From: the human T2T-CHM13v2.0 reference genome, Homo sapiens | Strand: one strand, 5' to 3' | Length of the DNA stretch: 64,000 bases | NCBI RefSeq assembly: GCF_009914755.1 | Contig: NC_060933.1 | Translations under genes and position numbers: made by a program | Part shown: positions 12,789-25,240 of the stretch, one piece after another | How positions within the stretch are numbered: position 1 is the first letter of the stretch | Layout: each line of letters opens with the position of its first letter | Notes under the pieces: model-generated | What the model was told of the DNA's origin: nothing | The model's input: only the letters and a program-made list of their open reading frames with translations | Database searches by the model: none

Positions 12789-15700
12789 TTTCCTATGCTT
12801 TTTTTTTTTTTACTAGCTTCATAGTTTCAGGTCTCAGATTCAAGTCTTTAATCAATTTTTATTTGATTTGATTTTTGTGTATGGTGAGATGGGATTAATT
12901 TTATCCTTCTGCATATAGTTAGTCAGTTTTCCCAGGATCATTTATTGAAAAGACTGTTGTTTTCCCAGTGTATGTTCTTGATGCCTTTGTCAGAGATGAG
13001 TTGTTTGTAAATGTGTAGATTTGTCTGTGATCTCTATTCTGTTCCACTGTCCTATGTGTCTGTTTTTATGCCAGTAGAAATATATTGGCAATAATTAGTA
13101 CAGAAAAGCTGAAACAATGAAATGACAAAAGTGAATTATACTGATATAATTCATTATGCTCACCAAATGCAATAGCATACAGCTAGGAAAACAATGTAGT
13201 GCACACGGTATTAAAATACAACACAATTCAATATACACAGTGCTCACAGTGGCCATCGTTAGAGTGTTGAAGAAGGGGATGTAGTCAGCAAAAGTTGTAC
13301 AGGTGACTTCAAAAGTAATCATAAGCACTTATGATTACTTTTGGCTTAATTTCTTAAACCAAGACTGGAGACACAGGTGTTCATTATGTGCTTATTATAT
13401 ATATAAAATAAATATTTTATAAATATATTGTTTCTGTTCAGTATTTAATAAAGTAAATCAATAGAAAAGGTTAAAAAGCAATGCACACATATTTCAAATA
13501 TTTTTTGCTCCAAATTATATAAACATTGCATAGTTTTTGCCCTGGGCCTGGCAAGGTGACTCACACCTCTCATCCTAGCACTTTAGGAGACTGAGGCAGG
13601 AGGATAGCTTCAGCCCCAGAGGTCAAGGCTGTAGTGAGCCTTAATTGCACTACTGCACTCCAGCCTAGGTGACAGAGTGAGATGCTGTCTGAAGATAAAA
13701 ATAAAAATAAGTTAATATATAAATATATGTTTATATATTAACCGATTTTATTAACTATATATATATATATAGTTGTTGTCTTGGTCTATAGGCAATCTTA
13801 CAGTGCTTAAGAGTTTGATACTGAGAACAGATCTCCTAGGTATATGCTGTGTTTCTGGGGTGACATGATGCTCTCATCTGGCCTCCGTGAGCCTAATTCT
13901 ATCTTACATTTACCCCACTCTTCAACAACAACTTGGGGAGGTGTCCCTAAACATTCCCAGGTGAACCCAAACCTGTGGCCCTCAACACATTTCTAGGTAA
14001 AGCAAGCTCCTGACATATCTGTGGATATCCTCTCATTGGAAGAAGGGGGAAGAGACCATCTAAAAATAATTCATTTAATATAGCTTTTCAGCGTTAATTT
14101 TATTTTGATAAAGAGACACACAGTAAATAAAATTTCTAAAAAACTATAAACTTTCAAGCATTCTCACGCTAAATCTAGCCCTGCTCACATGCCAGGGAAA
14201 TATAAAGGTAATTTGTTTCTCAACCTGACCAGGATGCTACAGTAATTAAAAATAAACTCAATCCCTGGATCCCTAACAAAGGGTCATTTCATATGGATCA
14301 AAGTTCTGGAAAAATTATTTGTCTGGAAATAGACTAATTCTCCAAAATATAATTGAAATAACAGTCTCTGGAAAGGGCCAAATGCGACTCTTAATGATAC
14401 AACAGCTAAATATAGGTCTGATGCTCATTCCGTGTGGACAACAATAGCAGCCATTCCCACAAATGGCTGATTTGTGGGAAGTAAACACTACTTTTGCAGA
14501 ATCTTACATGATTTCAGTAGAAGGGCAAGGACATTTCAGTTGGGAACAGATTCCTCCATGGTAATGTGATCACTATGTACCCAACAATGGCTCTTTCTTC
14601 CTAACGTCAATGCAGATGTTATTTTCACCTTAACTGTTATCATTGCTGTTTCTAACCACATAAAAGTGTATCCTTTATATATCTGAAGTAAATTCATACT
14701 AGTGGTGTAACATCTCCAGCCATTTAAGTGTAAAAACAGAAAACGTATGATGTGTTTATGTACTGTTTTATACTCCTAACGCATGAAGAGAAGATCCTTT
14801 TATTCATTGCCTATACTTTTATTTCTAAACTTTCTGTAACACTTTATCTTATATCCAGCATAGAATTGAGATTTGCTTTTTGATTTAATCTGACAATATT
14901 TTTTCCTCTAATAAGAGTCAAGTCCACTTACTTTTAATGATAAATTGTGTTTGGTTATATTTTGATTACAGTATATTATGCTATGATTTATATGCCCATA
15001 TCTGTCTTTTGCTGTCTTGTTTGTTTTTATTGCTTTTGTTTTGATGTTGTGATATTTGGAAGAGTTAAACTTTATTCTGATGGCTACCTTATGTAACTTC
15101 ATAAAATCGTCCCTTTCTTTAGACAGTAGCTAATGTCTCTAAACTAAGAACAATGGTATTAGCTGTATTCTCTTTCTTGTCCTCCCTATGTGATTTTTCA
15201 TCCCACAATTTGATTTAATCATATTAACTTTGTTTCCCCTGGTGCCATTAAGTATGCTTACATTTCTATAAACAATATCCTTTGACTCCCAGGCATTACA
15301 AATGAGCAGTCAGTAAAATGATTCTGAGGAATACTTTCTCTTTCCTTTTCTTCCATTTTTCTTAGTTGTATCATTTCTATATTGCCAGAGCACCTACAGT
15401 TGCATTTCTTTCTGTCAGCTTTATCCAGCATTTGTTTTTGTCTTTTATTTGAAGTTAAATATATTCCTTGCTCACTACAACACTGGGAGAAGGAAGGTTT
15501 CTGTTGTCATTGTTGTGCTTGTACAGTTGTTTATTTAAAAACATTGGCGAAAACAAAAACTGTATGTAGATGGAATGGAGATAAGACAGAAAATGAGAGA
15601 GACTGATGATGAGTGTGCCTATTCTAGACTGGGAGGCGTGCTACACTGAGCAGTGTCTCCAAGGCTGCAGGAAAGGATGGTTGATTGTGAGCAGGTGGAC

Positions 15701-18214
15701 TTTCCACTGGAGGAGAGAAGTCCTGCGCTCAACAACCTGTGCAGAACCAGAAACTGGTAATGCTTCAAATCAACTTACAGACCTGGAGGTAGAAATTTAA
15801 GAAAACTCGTTTAGCACCTAGTTTCCTAGAAAATATTAGCTACTATTTGCTGAGCATCTGTCAGTCTGTCTGTAGCATGGAAGATCTGAGTACAGGGGAA
15901 ACTGGATTAGTAACAGTGGGTCAGAAAATTATATAATATTCAACCAAAATTCCTGCTTTACATACACAACACCTGGTATTTCCAGAACTAGAAGGTAAAG
16001 AAATTATTTGTGCTTGAACTTGCAGAAAACTGCCTTTTCCCTTCTTCTCTTGCATCTTAACCTGGAGCTTCCCTTTTCTTGAGCCTCAGTGTGCTTCCCA
16101 ACTCAACTTATAATTGTCTTCCTGCAGTTTCTCCTTAGGACAGGGCTTTGTTTTGGGGGTGGTTAATTTGTAGGGTTCATAGGAAACAGACCACTCACAG
16201 CACCTGCTTTTTGGCATCCTCACTCTCAGCTATGAGTTGAGGCCCAGGAAGCCTTCTGCCAGCCTCAGCTGCTGTTCTCAGATTAATCTGCTGAGTTCTT
16301 TTTGCCTAGTAAGAATCTCTGAATTTAGGAACATAGATGTTAGCACTTGTATTTCTAGGTTTTCCAGTTCCCAGGGCCATTAAACATTTTTTTCCTTTCC
16401 TTTCCTTCTTCCAAAAAAATTGGTAATTCCCCTGGGTCCCTGTGGTTTAACCTCACAAAAGGTCCATGATGACACCCTGTTACATTGTTTTGTCATAGTT
16501 AATACCTTGTTATCCCAGTTGCTCAGTCCGTTTTTGTGAGAGATTCAGGGATATTAATAAAACTGTGCTGCTACTGCTACTAACATCTTGCATAAAATCC
16601 CTATTAATTAAAATGTTTATTTTGCATGTGATTTGAACTTGTAGTTTTTATTCAAAGTTTTTCAACAGAGATCCAGAAAAGACCCTCCTTATATTTTTAG
16701 TTTTGTGCATTGCAACACTTTTTAGTGAAAAAAAAAAAACATGAGAACAACACAAGTGATTTTAAAAGAATAAACCTACAATCCATTAATTATAAAATGA
16801 AATACTATGCAGGTGTTAAGAATGAGGGAATCAATAAGAACTTGTGTGGGGTAACTATAAATTTTTAAAAATAAATTTAATGCTCATGTGACCATATTAT
16901 CGTTAAAAAAATACAAGCATACTTGCACACACCTTCAAGCAAAATGGGTACACGCATTTAAAAATATTTAAATTAAGTAAATGGTCCAATAATTTAACAT
17001 TGTACAATTCTATGTTCTCTGATTATTTTATATGCTAGAAACAGGCATTACTGTTTTGTTTATTTCATTTGAAATAATTGTAGTCACATGAGGTTTAAGT
17101 TATAATACAGAGAGGTCACATATGCCTATTTTCTAATTGGATACCTTATTTATTACTACTGAGTTTTGAGAATTTTTTACATATGCTAGATGTAAGTTCT
17201 TTGTCAGATATATGGTATGCAAATTATTTCTCCTACTCTGTAATTCATTTTTTCAACCTCTTTACAGGGTCTTACTAACTAAAAAAAAAAAAAGTGTTTA
17301 TTTATTTTAATGAAGTCCAGTTTTATCACTTTTTCCTTTTGTAGATTTTGTTTTTGATATCAAGCCTAAAAATTCTTTGCCTAGCCCAAGGTCTCAAGAG
17401 TTTTCTTCTATTTTAAAAAGTTTAATGAATTTATTTATTTATTAATTATTTTTGAGATGAGGTTTCACCCAAGCTGTAGTGCAGTGGTGCCATCATTGCT
17501 CACTGCAGCCACTAACTGCTGGATTGAAGTGATCCTTCCACCTCAGCCACTTGAGTAGTAGCTGGGATTACAGGCACGAGCTACCATACACATCTTTAAG
17601 TTTTATAATATTACATTTTACATTTAAGCCTGTGATTTATGTGAGCTAAATTTTATATAAAGTATAAATTTAGGTCAGTCTTAGTTTTTGTACCTGTGAA
17701 TGTCCAATTGCTCTAGCACCATTTGTTGAAAAAGATATCCTTCCTTTAAACTGATTTTGCATCCTTCTTAAAAAAAAAATCAGTTGAATATAGTGTGGTC
17801 TGTCACCTTTTAATAAGATAAAAACATTGGCACTCACCAGATATCGAAGTTTAGAAATTTTTTTAAAGCTAAACTTCTGAAAATTGAATAAAAACACCTC
17901 CACATGTCAAATTAAATTTGTATAGGACTAATTCATTTAAATATATTAAAATACAAAATAATTCAAACCACTAAAGTGATAATACAAGACTGTAAATTTA
18001 AAGGCTAATTATTAAGTCAAATTGCTGTATTCTACGTGTTAGAGTGAGTTCAAATGATCCATTGTATTACTGAATAGGCAAAAGTTTTAATTTCAGAGGA
18101 TAAAACTGATATATTACTGCCACCTTGTGGATATTCTCTTATTACAGGCTATTATAAAAAGCAATGAGGGTATGTAATCTGTTCTAACAAGAAGCATTTC
18201 CTTTTTTTTGTCGT

Positions 18215-18443
18215 TTTTATTATTGTTATTATTACATTTTAAGTTCTGAGATACATGTACAGAACGTGGAGGTTTGTTACATAGGTATACACATGCCATG
18301 GTGGTTTACTGCACCCATCAACACATCATCTACATTAGGTATTTCTCCTAATGCTATCACTCCCCCAGCCTTCCACCCCCCTGACAGGCCCCAGTATGTG
18401 ATGTTCCCCTCCCTGTGTCCATGTGTTCTCATTGTTCAACTCA
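18215..18443 (-). mobile_element. L1PA 3' UTR fragment
   Basis: TTAAGTTCTGAGATACATGTACAGAACGTGGAGGTTTGTTACATAGG...TCCATGTGTTCTCATTGTTCAACTC. Confidence 0.9.
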
Positions 18444-18519
18444 AAAGAAAAACAGAAGCATTTTCTGCTTTCCCAATTTCTTAAATACAATGCAACTTTA
18501 TGTTTAATTTAACTAACTT

Positions 18520-18812
18520 AATTTTTTGAGACAAGGTCTAGCTCTGTTGCCCAGGCTGGAGTGGAGTGGTGTGAATATGGTTCAGTGAAACCTCCACCTC
18601 CCTGGCTCAAGTGATCCTCCTTCCTCAGCCTCTCGAGTATCTAGGACCACAGGCATGCACCACATGGCCAGCTAATTTCTTTTTTATTTTTTGTAGAGAT
18701 GAGGTCTCACTTTGTTGTCCACGCTGGTCTCAAACTCCTGGGCTCAAATGATCCTCTTGCCATGGCCTCCCACAGCGCTGGGATTTATAGGTGTGTGCCA
18801 TGTCACCGGGCC
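18520..18812 (-). mobile_element. AluJ-type SINE
   Basis: TTTTTGAGACAAGGTCTAGCTCTG...CACCGGGCC. Confidence 0.88.
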
Positions 18813-19049
18813 TAAGCTACTGTAGAGAAGCCTTTTTTCTTTCATAAAAACAGTTGTAGATATTTTCCTTATGGAATTTATTTGTGGTGAAGTATTTTAA
18901 TAGACAGTTTAATTTGTTAAATAATTTGTCTCAGATAACAATAATTGATTAATATTAAAACTACAAAACAAGTAGGGTTTTCTTTTTCTATGAAAAATGA
19001 AAGTTGATTCTGACATTTATGTAAACATTTTAAATATTCAAAGTATATA

Positions 19050-21298
19050 AATGTGAAGGCCTATCAAGAGTAATTAGACAAGAGAAAGAAATAAAGGGCA
19101 TTCAAATCGGAAAGGAGGACATCAAATTGTTCCTATTTGCAGATGACATGATCTTATATATAGGAAAACCTGAAGACTCTACCAGAAAACTTTTAGAACA
19201 AACAAATTCAGTGAAGTTGCAAAACACAAAACTAATACACAAAGATTGGTTGCATTTATATATATGAACAACAAACTCACTGAAAAAGAAATTAAGAAGG
19301 CAAACCCATTTACAATAGTTACCAAAAAAAAACCCAGACAAAAATGTAACCAAGGAGGTAAAATGAAAACTACAAAACACTAATGAAAGAAATTGAAGAG
19401 GATACAAACAAATGAAAAGACATTCACACTCATGGATCAGAAATATGAATGTTGTTAAAGTGACAGTACTACTCAAAAGCAACCTACAGATTCAATGCAA
19501 TCTCTATCAAAATACCTATGAACATTCTTCACAAAATTAAAAAAAATCCAAAGAGATTTTATGGAATCAAAAAATATCCTGAATAGCCAAAGCCATCCTA
19601 AGCAAAAAGAACAAAGCTGGATGTATCATGCTACCAGACCTCAGAATATACTACAAAACTGTAGTAACCAAAACATCATGGTATTGGCATAACAACAGAC
19701 ACATAGACCTATGGAATAGAATAAAGAACCCAGAAAATCCACATATCTCAGCCAAAGGATTTTTTTACAAAGGTGCCAAGAACACTCATTGGGGAAAGGA
19801 TAGTCTCTTCAATAAATGGTGCTGGAAAAACTGGATATCCATATGCAGAAGAATGAAACTAGACCTCTGCCTCTCACCCTATACAAAGATCAACTCAAAG
19901 TATCTCAAATACCCAAATATAAGACCCAAAATGGTAAAGCTACTAGAAGAAAACATAGGGGAGATCCTTCAGGACATTGCTCTGGGAAAATATTTTATGA
20001 ATAAGGCATCAAAAGCACAGGCAACAAAAGAAAAAATAAACAAATGGGATCACATCAAGTTAAAATATTCTGCACAGCAAAGGAAATAATAAAGTGAGTG
20101 AAAAGACAACCTACAGAATGGGAGAAAATATAAACTCATCTGGCAGGAAATTAATATCAAGAATATACAAGGAATTCAAACATATCAACAGCAAAGAAGC
20201 ACAACAATCTAATTAAATATAAACAAATGCTCTGAACAGACATTTCTCAAAAGAAGACATACAAATGACCAACAAATATATGAAAAAATGTCCAACACCA
20301 CTAATCAGCAAGGAAATGCTAATCAAAGCCACAGTGAGGCATCATCTTACTCCAGTTAGGATGGCTATTATAGAAGAGACAAAAATAACAAATGCTGACA
20401 AAGACGTGAAGAAAAGGGACTTTTTTTTTGACAGAATCTCACTCTCCGTCCAGGCTGGAGTGCAGTGGTGGTGTAATCTGGCTCCCTCTGCTTCTAGAGT
20501 TCAAATAATTCTCCTCCCTCAGCCTCCTGAGTAGCTGGAGAAAAAGGAATTCTTATGCACTCTTGGTAGGAATGTAAATTAGTGCAGCCAGTATGGAGAA
20601 CAGTATTGAAACACCTCAAGCAATCCCACTACTGGGAATTTATCCAAAGGAAAGAAAAGCATTATATTGCAGAGACATCTGCATCCCCATGTTTATTGCA
20701 ACAGTGTTCACAATAGCCAAGATATGGAATCAACCTAGGTTTCCAACAATAGATGAATGGATTTTTAAAATATGGTATATATACACCAAGGAATGCTATT
20801 TATCCATAAAAAAGAATAAATAAAATCCTGTCATTCTCAGCAACATGGATGAAACTGGAGGATATTATGTTAAGCAAAATAAGCCAGGAATAGAAATTTC
20901 AACACCACATGTTCTCACTCACGCAGAAGATAAAAAAAAGTTGATCTCATAGAAGTAAAAAGTAGAACAGAGGATACTGCAGGCTGAAAAGGGTAGGGAG
21001 AAAGGAGGAATAATAAGAGATTTGTTAATGGATACAAAATTACAGCTAGGTGGGAGTAATAAGTTCTAGTGTTCTAGTTCTAGTGTTCTATAGATGACTA
21101 TAGTTAACAATACTATATTATGTAGTTTAAAATACCTAGGAGTAGTTTGAATGTTCCCAACACAAAGAAATAATAAATGTTTGAGATGATAGATATGCTA
21201 ATTACCCTGATCTGATCACCATCTACATGTACTGAAACATCCCCGTATAGACATGAATGTGTATAATCTTTGTCAATTTAAAAAGTAAAAAAAAAAAT
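19050..21298 (+). mobile_element. 5'-truncated L1 (L1MA-like): ORF2 C-terminal half and 3' UTR, with an antisense Alu fragment at ~20421-20538
   Basis: ORF 19628-20089 [20 protein letters not shown]...[14 protein letters not shown]; LFADDM RT motif encoded near 19133-19150; A-rich end at ~21290. Confidence 0.93.
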
Positions 21299-21413
21299 TA
21301 ATCTTGGAGAATGCATTTGAAGAACTTGTACTCAAGAAATCAACTTAAGAACCTGAGTCTCCTTGGAATTTGTGTTTTCTAGACCAGTACTTCTCCAAAT
21401 TAAAGCAAATTTA

Positions 21414-21710
21414 GGCTGGGCATGGTGGCCCATGTCTATAATCTCAGCACTTTGGAAGGCCGAGGCGGGCAGATCACTTGAGGTCAGGAGTTCGAGACCA
21501 GCTGACCCAACATTGTGAAACCCTGTCTCTACTAAAAATACAAAAATTAGCCGGGCATGATGGCATGTGCCTGTAATCCCAGCTACTTTGGAGGCCAAGG
21601 CAAGATAATCGCTTGAACTGGAGAGGTGGAAGTTGCAGTGAGCCGAGATTGCACCACTGCGCTCCAGCCTGGGCAACAGAGCAAGACTCTGTCTCAAAAA
21701 AAAAAAAAAA
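21414..21710 (+). mobile_element. AluS-type SINE
   Basis: Full dimer; TSD AAAGC(A/G)AATTTA. Confidence 0.93.
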
Positions 21711-22099
21711 GCGAATTTAGTTCACTTTGGTATTGTGTCAAAATGTTGATTCTTTTAAAGTAAATCTAAAGAATTTAGATGTAGTTGAAGCTTGTCATCT
21801 GTTCTTAATTTTTTTAATAAAAATATAATATTTCGATTCAGAGTAAATCTAAAGTGAGACCTGAAGCTGCTCCCAGGTGATACTGATGCTGCTTATTTTT
21901 GCCCAGATTTTGAGTCACAAGGTTCTAAATTATTGGTTTGAAGTCCTACATGATTAATCACTTGGGGAGCTCAATTAACACCCAGCAACAGACTAATTAT
22001 TAATAAACCAGAATCTTCAGTATTAGGCTTCAATCATTGGCAATTTTTTTTTTGACACACAGTCTCCCACTGTTGCCCAGGCTGAAGTCCTGAGGCCAG

Positions 22100-23170
22100 A
22101 ATGAGACTAGGACATGGTTCCTTTGCCTAAGTAAAGTGAGGCAGACAATGGAATACTTCAGACTTCAAATCAGTATGGTAAGTGCTATGAAGAGTATGAT
22201 TAGAGTTCATTATTTACTCAGAAAAGGGTCACTCAGCCCAGCCTGGGAGTTAGAGAAGGTTTCCTGAAGTCTTGACATGTGAGTCATGAAAGGACATAAG
22301 GAGTTAACCACGTGACAAAATAAGCTAAGAGAATTCTCAACAAAAGACAAAATATTGGCAAAGGCTTTTAGGCATATACTAGCTGAGTATTATTGGGAGA
22401 ATGTAATGATTTTCTGTATTTCAAAAGTGTAAAATACAAAGTGGGCCATGATATGAGATAAACCAGTAAATATGTTCTGGGAACAGATCATAGAAGGGCG
22501 TGTATGCTGTCCTAAGGAGCTTAAACTTCAACTTCAGTTCATGGGAGCCAATGACAAGATCTGAGCAGGGGATGGATGTGGCTAGAGGGGCATTTTAGAC
22601 AGGCAAGATTCTCTGTGGATTACACCTAGGCTAAGCAACGGGTTAAAGTTGTTGTCTTAAGACAATAGTCCAGGTAAAAGATAATAAAGTTTTAAATTAG
22701 GATGTTAGTAGGAATGAGGAAGAGGGATGGATTTCAGAAATAGTAAGGAAATGTATTAGCAGGACTTGATTAGTGATTGACTTGGGGAAGGAGGGGAAGA
22801 TAGAGTTCAGGATGACTCCGAGACTGTCTGGTGTCGGTGGCTAATGACTGAAGCTATTAATAGAGGTAGGAAATGCAGACCAAAAGCAGGCCCAGGGTGA
22901 GAGATGATAAATTTGAATTTTAACATGTAGAGTTTGGACATCCAGGATGAAATAATCACAAAACATTTAAATATACGAATCTGAAAAGGTAAGCATCATA
23001 AGCATATGAGCTATTGGTAAAATTCTGATACTTAATGAAGTCTCGCGGGGAGGCAGTACAGAGGCAAGCAATGGGCTGGGGATAAAACATAGGGAAATAT
23101 TATTTAAATAAAGATGAAAGAAAAGGAGCCCACAAAGGAAGCTGAAAAGGCATAGTCAAAAAAAGAGCCT
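22100..23170. mobile_element. Probable L2 remnant
   Basis: Purine-rich diverged motifs typical of L2 (AGAGAAGGTTTCCTGAAG, AGGACTTGATTAGTGATTG, GATGACTCC). Confidence 0.5.
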
Positions 23171-23446
23171 TGCCAAAGTGCCACCTTTGAAGCTCTGCTG
23201 TTACACTTTATAAGGAAACTTTTGGTTACCTGCGATTGCATGCATTTATAAAAGTTTCTGTTATTAGGAAGACAATAATAATGATAAGGCTCTTTCTCAT
23301 TGTTGTCAGTGTAATTTATCTATTTAATTATAGAACCTAGTTCCAGGATGCTTAATCTGAAGTATATACTTGGGGCAAAATGAATTATATCTTAATAATA
23401 ATCTGGAATTTTTCTCTCTAACTTGACATATTTTAATTCTTGCTAG

Positions 23447-23548
23447 ATTTTCAAAATGTCATACCTCGAACCACCACCAGATGGCTATGAGAATGTTACA
23501 AATATTGTGCCACCATATAATGCTTTCTCAGCCCAAGGCATGCCAGAG
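23447..23548 (+). pseudogene. Isolated NAALAD2-like exon (glutamate carboxypeptidase III family), duplicated fragment
   Basis: 102 nt after TTTTAATTCTTGCTAG translate to [34 protein letters not shown]; NAALAD2 as recalled reads [34 protein letters not shown]. Donor is GCAAAA rather than GT; neighbouring exons not found. Confidence 0.88.
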
Positions 23549-23879
23549 GCAAAATAAAATATATTTGTAACCCAAGTCTTTAAATGGTTCTTTTGCTATA
23601 TAAAACCTGTATAGAGGACTAAAACCAAGGAAATTAGGTGAATCATTCATGCGGATTCATTGTTTGATATTCAGTCCTATGAAAACCTCATCCCTCAAAT
23701 TTAAAAAATTATAATAAAATAGAAAAGAACACCAGACAGAGAAAAAAGAAACAAAACAAATACATTAAAAACTGACCCTACTGAAGCAGATGCCACTCTT
23801 TGAAATAACAAAGAAACTGCTGAACACATCTTTAATTCAGTGAGGCAGTAGGTGTTTTTTTATTTGTTTGTTTTTGTTT

Positions 23880-24176
23880 CATTTTTTTTTTTTTTTTTTG
23901 AGACGGAGTTTCGCTCTTGTCACCCAGGCTGGAGTATAGTGGCACAATCTGGGCTCACTGCAACCTCCGCCTCCCAGGTCCAAGCAATTCTCTTGCCTCA
24001 GCCTCCTGAGTAGCTGGGATCATAGGTGCACACCACCACACCCTGCTAATTTTGTATTTTTTTTAGTGGAGGCGGGATTTCTCTATGTTGGTCAGGCTAG
24101 TCTCGAACTCCCAACCTCAGGTGATCTGCTCACCTCGGCCTCCCAAAGTGCTGGGATTACAGACGTGAGCCACCAC
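23880..24176 (-). mobile_element. AluS-type SINE
   Basis: Poly-T, GAGACGGAGTTTCGCTCTTG...GTGAGCCACCAC. Confidence 0.93.
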
Positions 24177-24769
24177 GTTACAAAGGGAAACTTCCTATTT
24201 GCCCTCTGAAGGCTTGCAGAAAATGAATGGGCAAAACATAAATTAATAGAAGAAAGAGGCAAAAAAAAAATTCTGTAAAATGTAGGGGAAAAATCACAGG
24301 GTCTCACTCAGTTACCCAGCATGAAGTGCAGTGGTGTGATCATGGCTCCTTGCAACCTTGAATTCTCAAGCACAAGTGATTCTCCCCCCTAAGCCTATGG
24401 AGTAGCTGGGATCACAGGGGCATGCCACCATGCCCACATACATGGGTATTTGCTGGAGAGGAGATGGAGACTCTCTGTCCTGGATGTGAGACAGGTGGCT
24501 GGTATCTGGGTAAGGATGACATTCCCTCATTGCTAAAGAGTAAAAGAGGAAAGTGTCATGGATAGTGCAAGCAGGGACATGCCCTGACCTAGTGAGGTCC
24601 AGAGGCTTATATTGTCCTTCATAGGGGAGTGGGAAGAAGCGAGTGTAGGCAACCCAGGGGAAATAAATGATCTAAAATAAAAGAAATAGATCATCAGAAG
24701 TGTAGATGTATTAGGGTTCTCTAGAGTGACAGAATTAAAGGACTATATACATATATATATGAAGGGGAG

Positions 24770-25240
24770 TGAGATGGTTAATAATGAGTGTCAACTTGAT
24801 AGGATTGAGGGATATGAAGTATTGATCCAGGGTATGTCTGTGAGAGTGTTGCCAAAAGAGATTAACATTTGAGTCAGTGGGCTGGGGAAGGCAGAACCAC
24901 CCTTAATCTGGTGGGCACAATCTAATCTGCTGCCAGCAAATATAAAGCAGGCAAAAAAATTTGAAAAGGAGAGACTGGCCTAGCCTCCCAGCCTACATCT
25001 ATCTCCCATGCTGGTTTCTTCCTGCCCTCAAACATTGGACTCCATGGCTCTCCTTTCTCATCAGTTTGCAGACAGCCCATTGTGTAACTTATGATCCCGT
25101 AAGTTAATAAACTCCCCTTTATAAATAAATATATATATGTGTGTGTGTGTATGCATATATATATGTATGTGTGTGTGTATGTATATATATATGTATATAT
25201 CCTGTTAGTTCTGTCCCTCTAGATGTCACTGGCTAATACA
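24770..25240 (+). mobile_element. MLT2A solo LTR nested in opposite orientation inside the HERV-L 3' LTR
   Basis: TGAGATGGTTAATAATGAGTGTCAACTTG...GGCTAATACA; 5-bp TSD GGGAG (24765-24769) / GGAAG (25241-25245). Confidence 0.88.

Larger units (their letters stand above)
11010..13075 (-). mobile_element. Old L1 (L1MA-like) 3' UTR/ORF2 end, interrupted by several Alus
   Basis: Minus-strand ORFs 11380-11756 translate to L1 ORF2 C-terminal motifs ([16 protein letters not shown]..., [10 protein letters not shown]...ELP). Confidence 0.85.

Noticed and set aside
19628-20823. L1 ORF2-like ORFs as a functional retrotransposon
   Set aside because: 5'-truncated, fragmented by stops and frameshifts, and interrupted by an Alu fragment.
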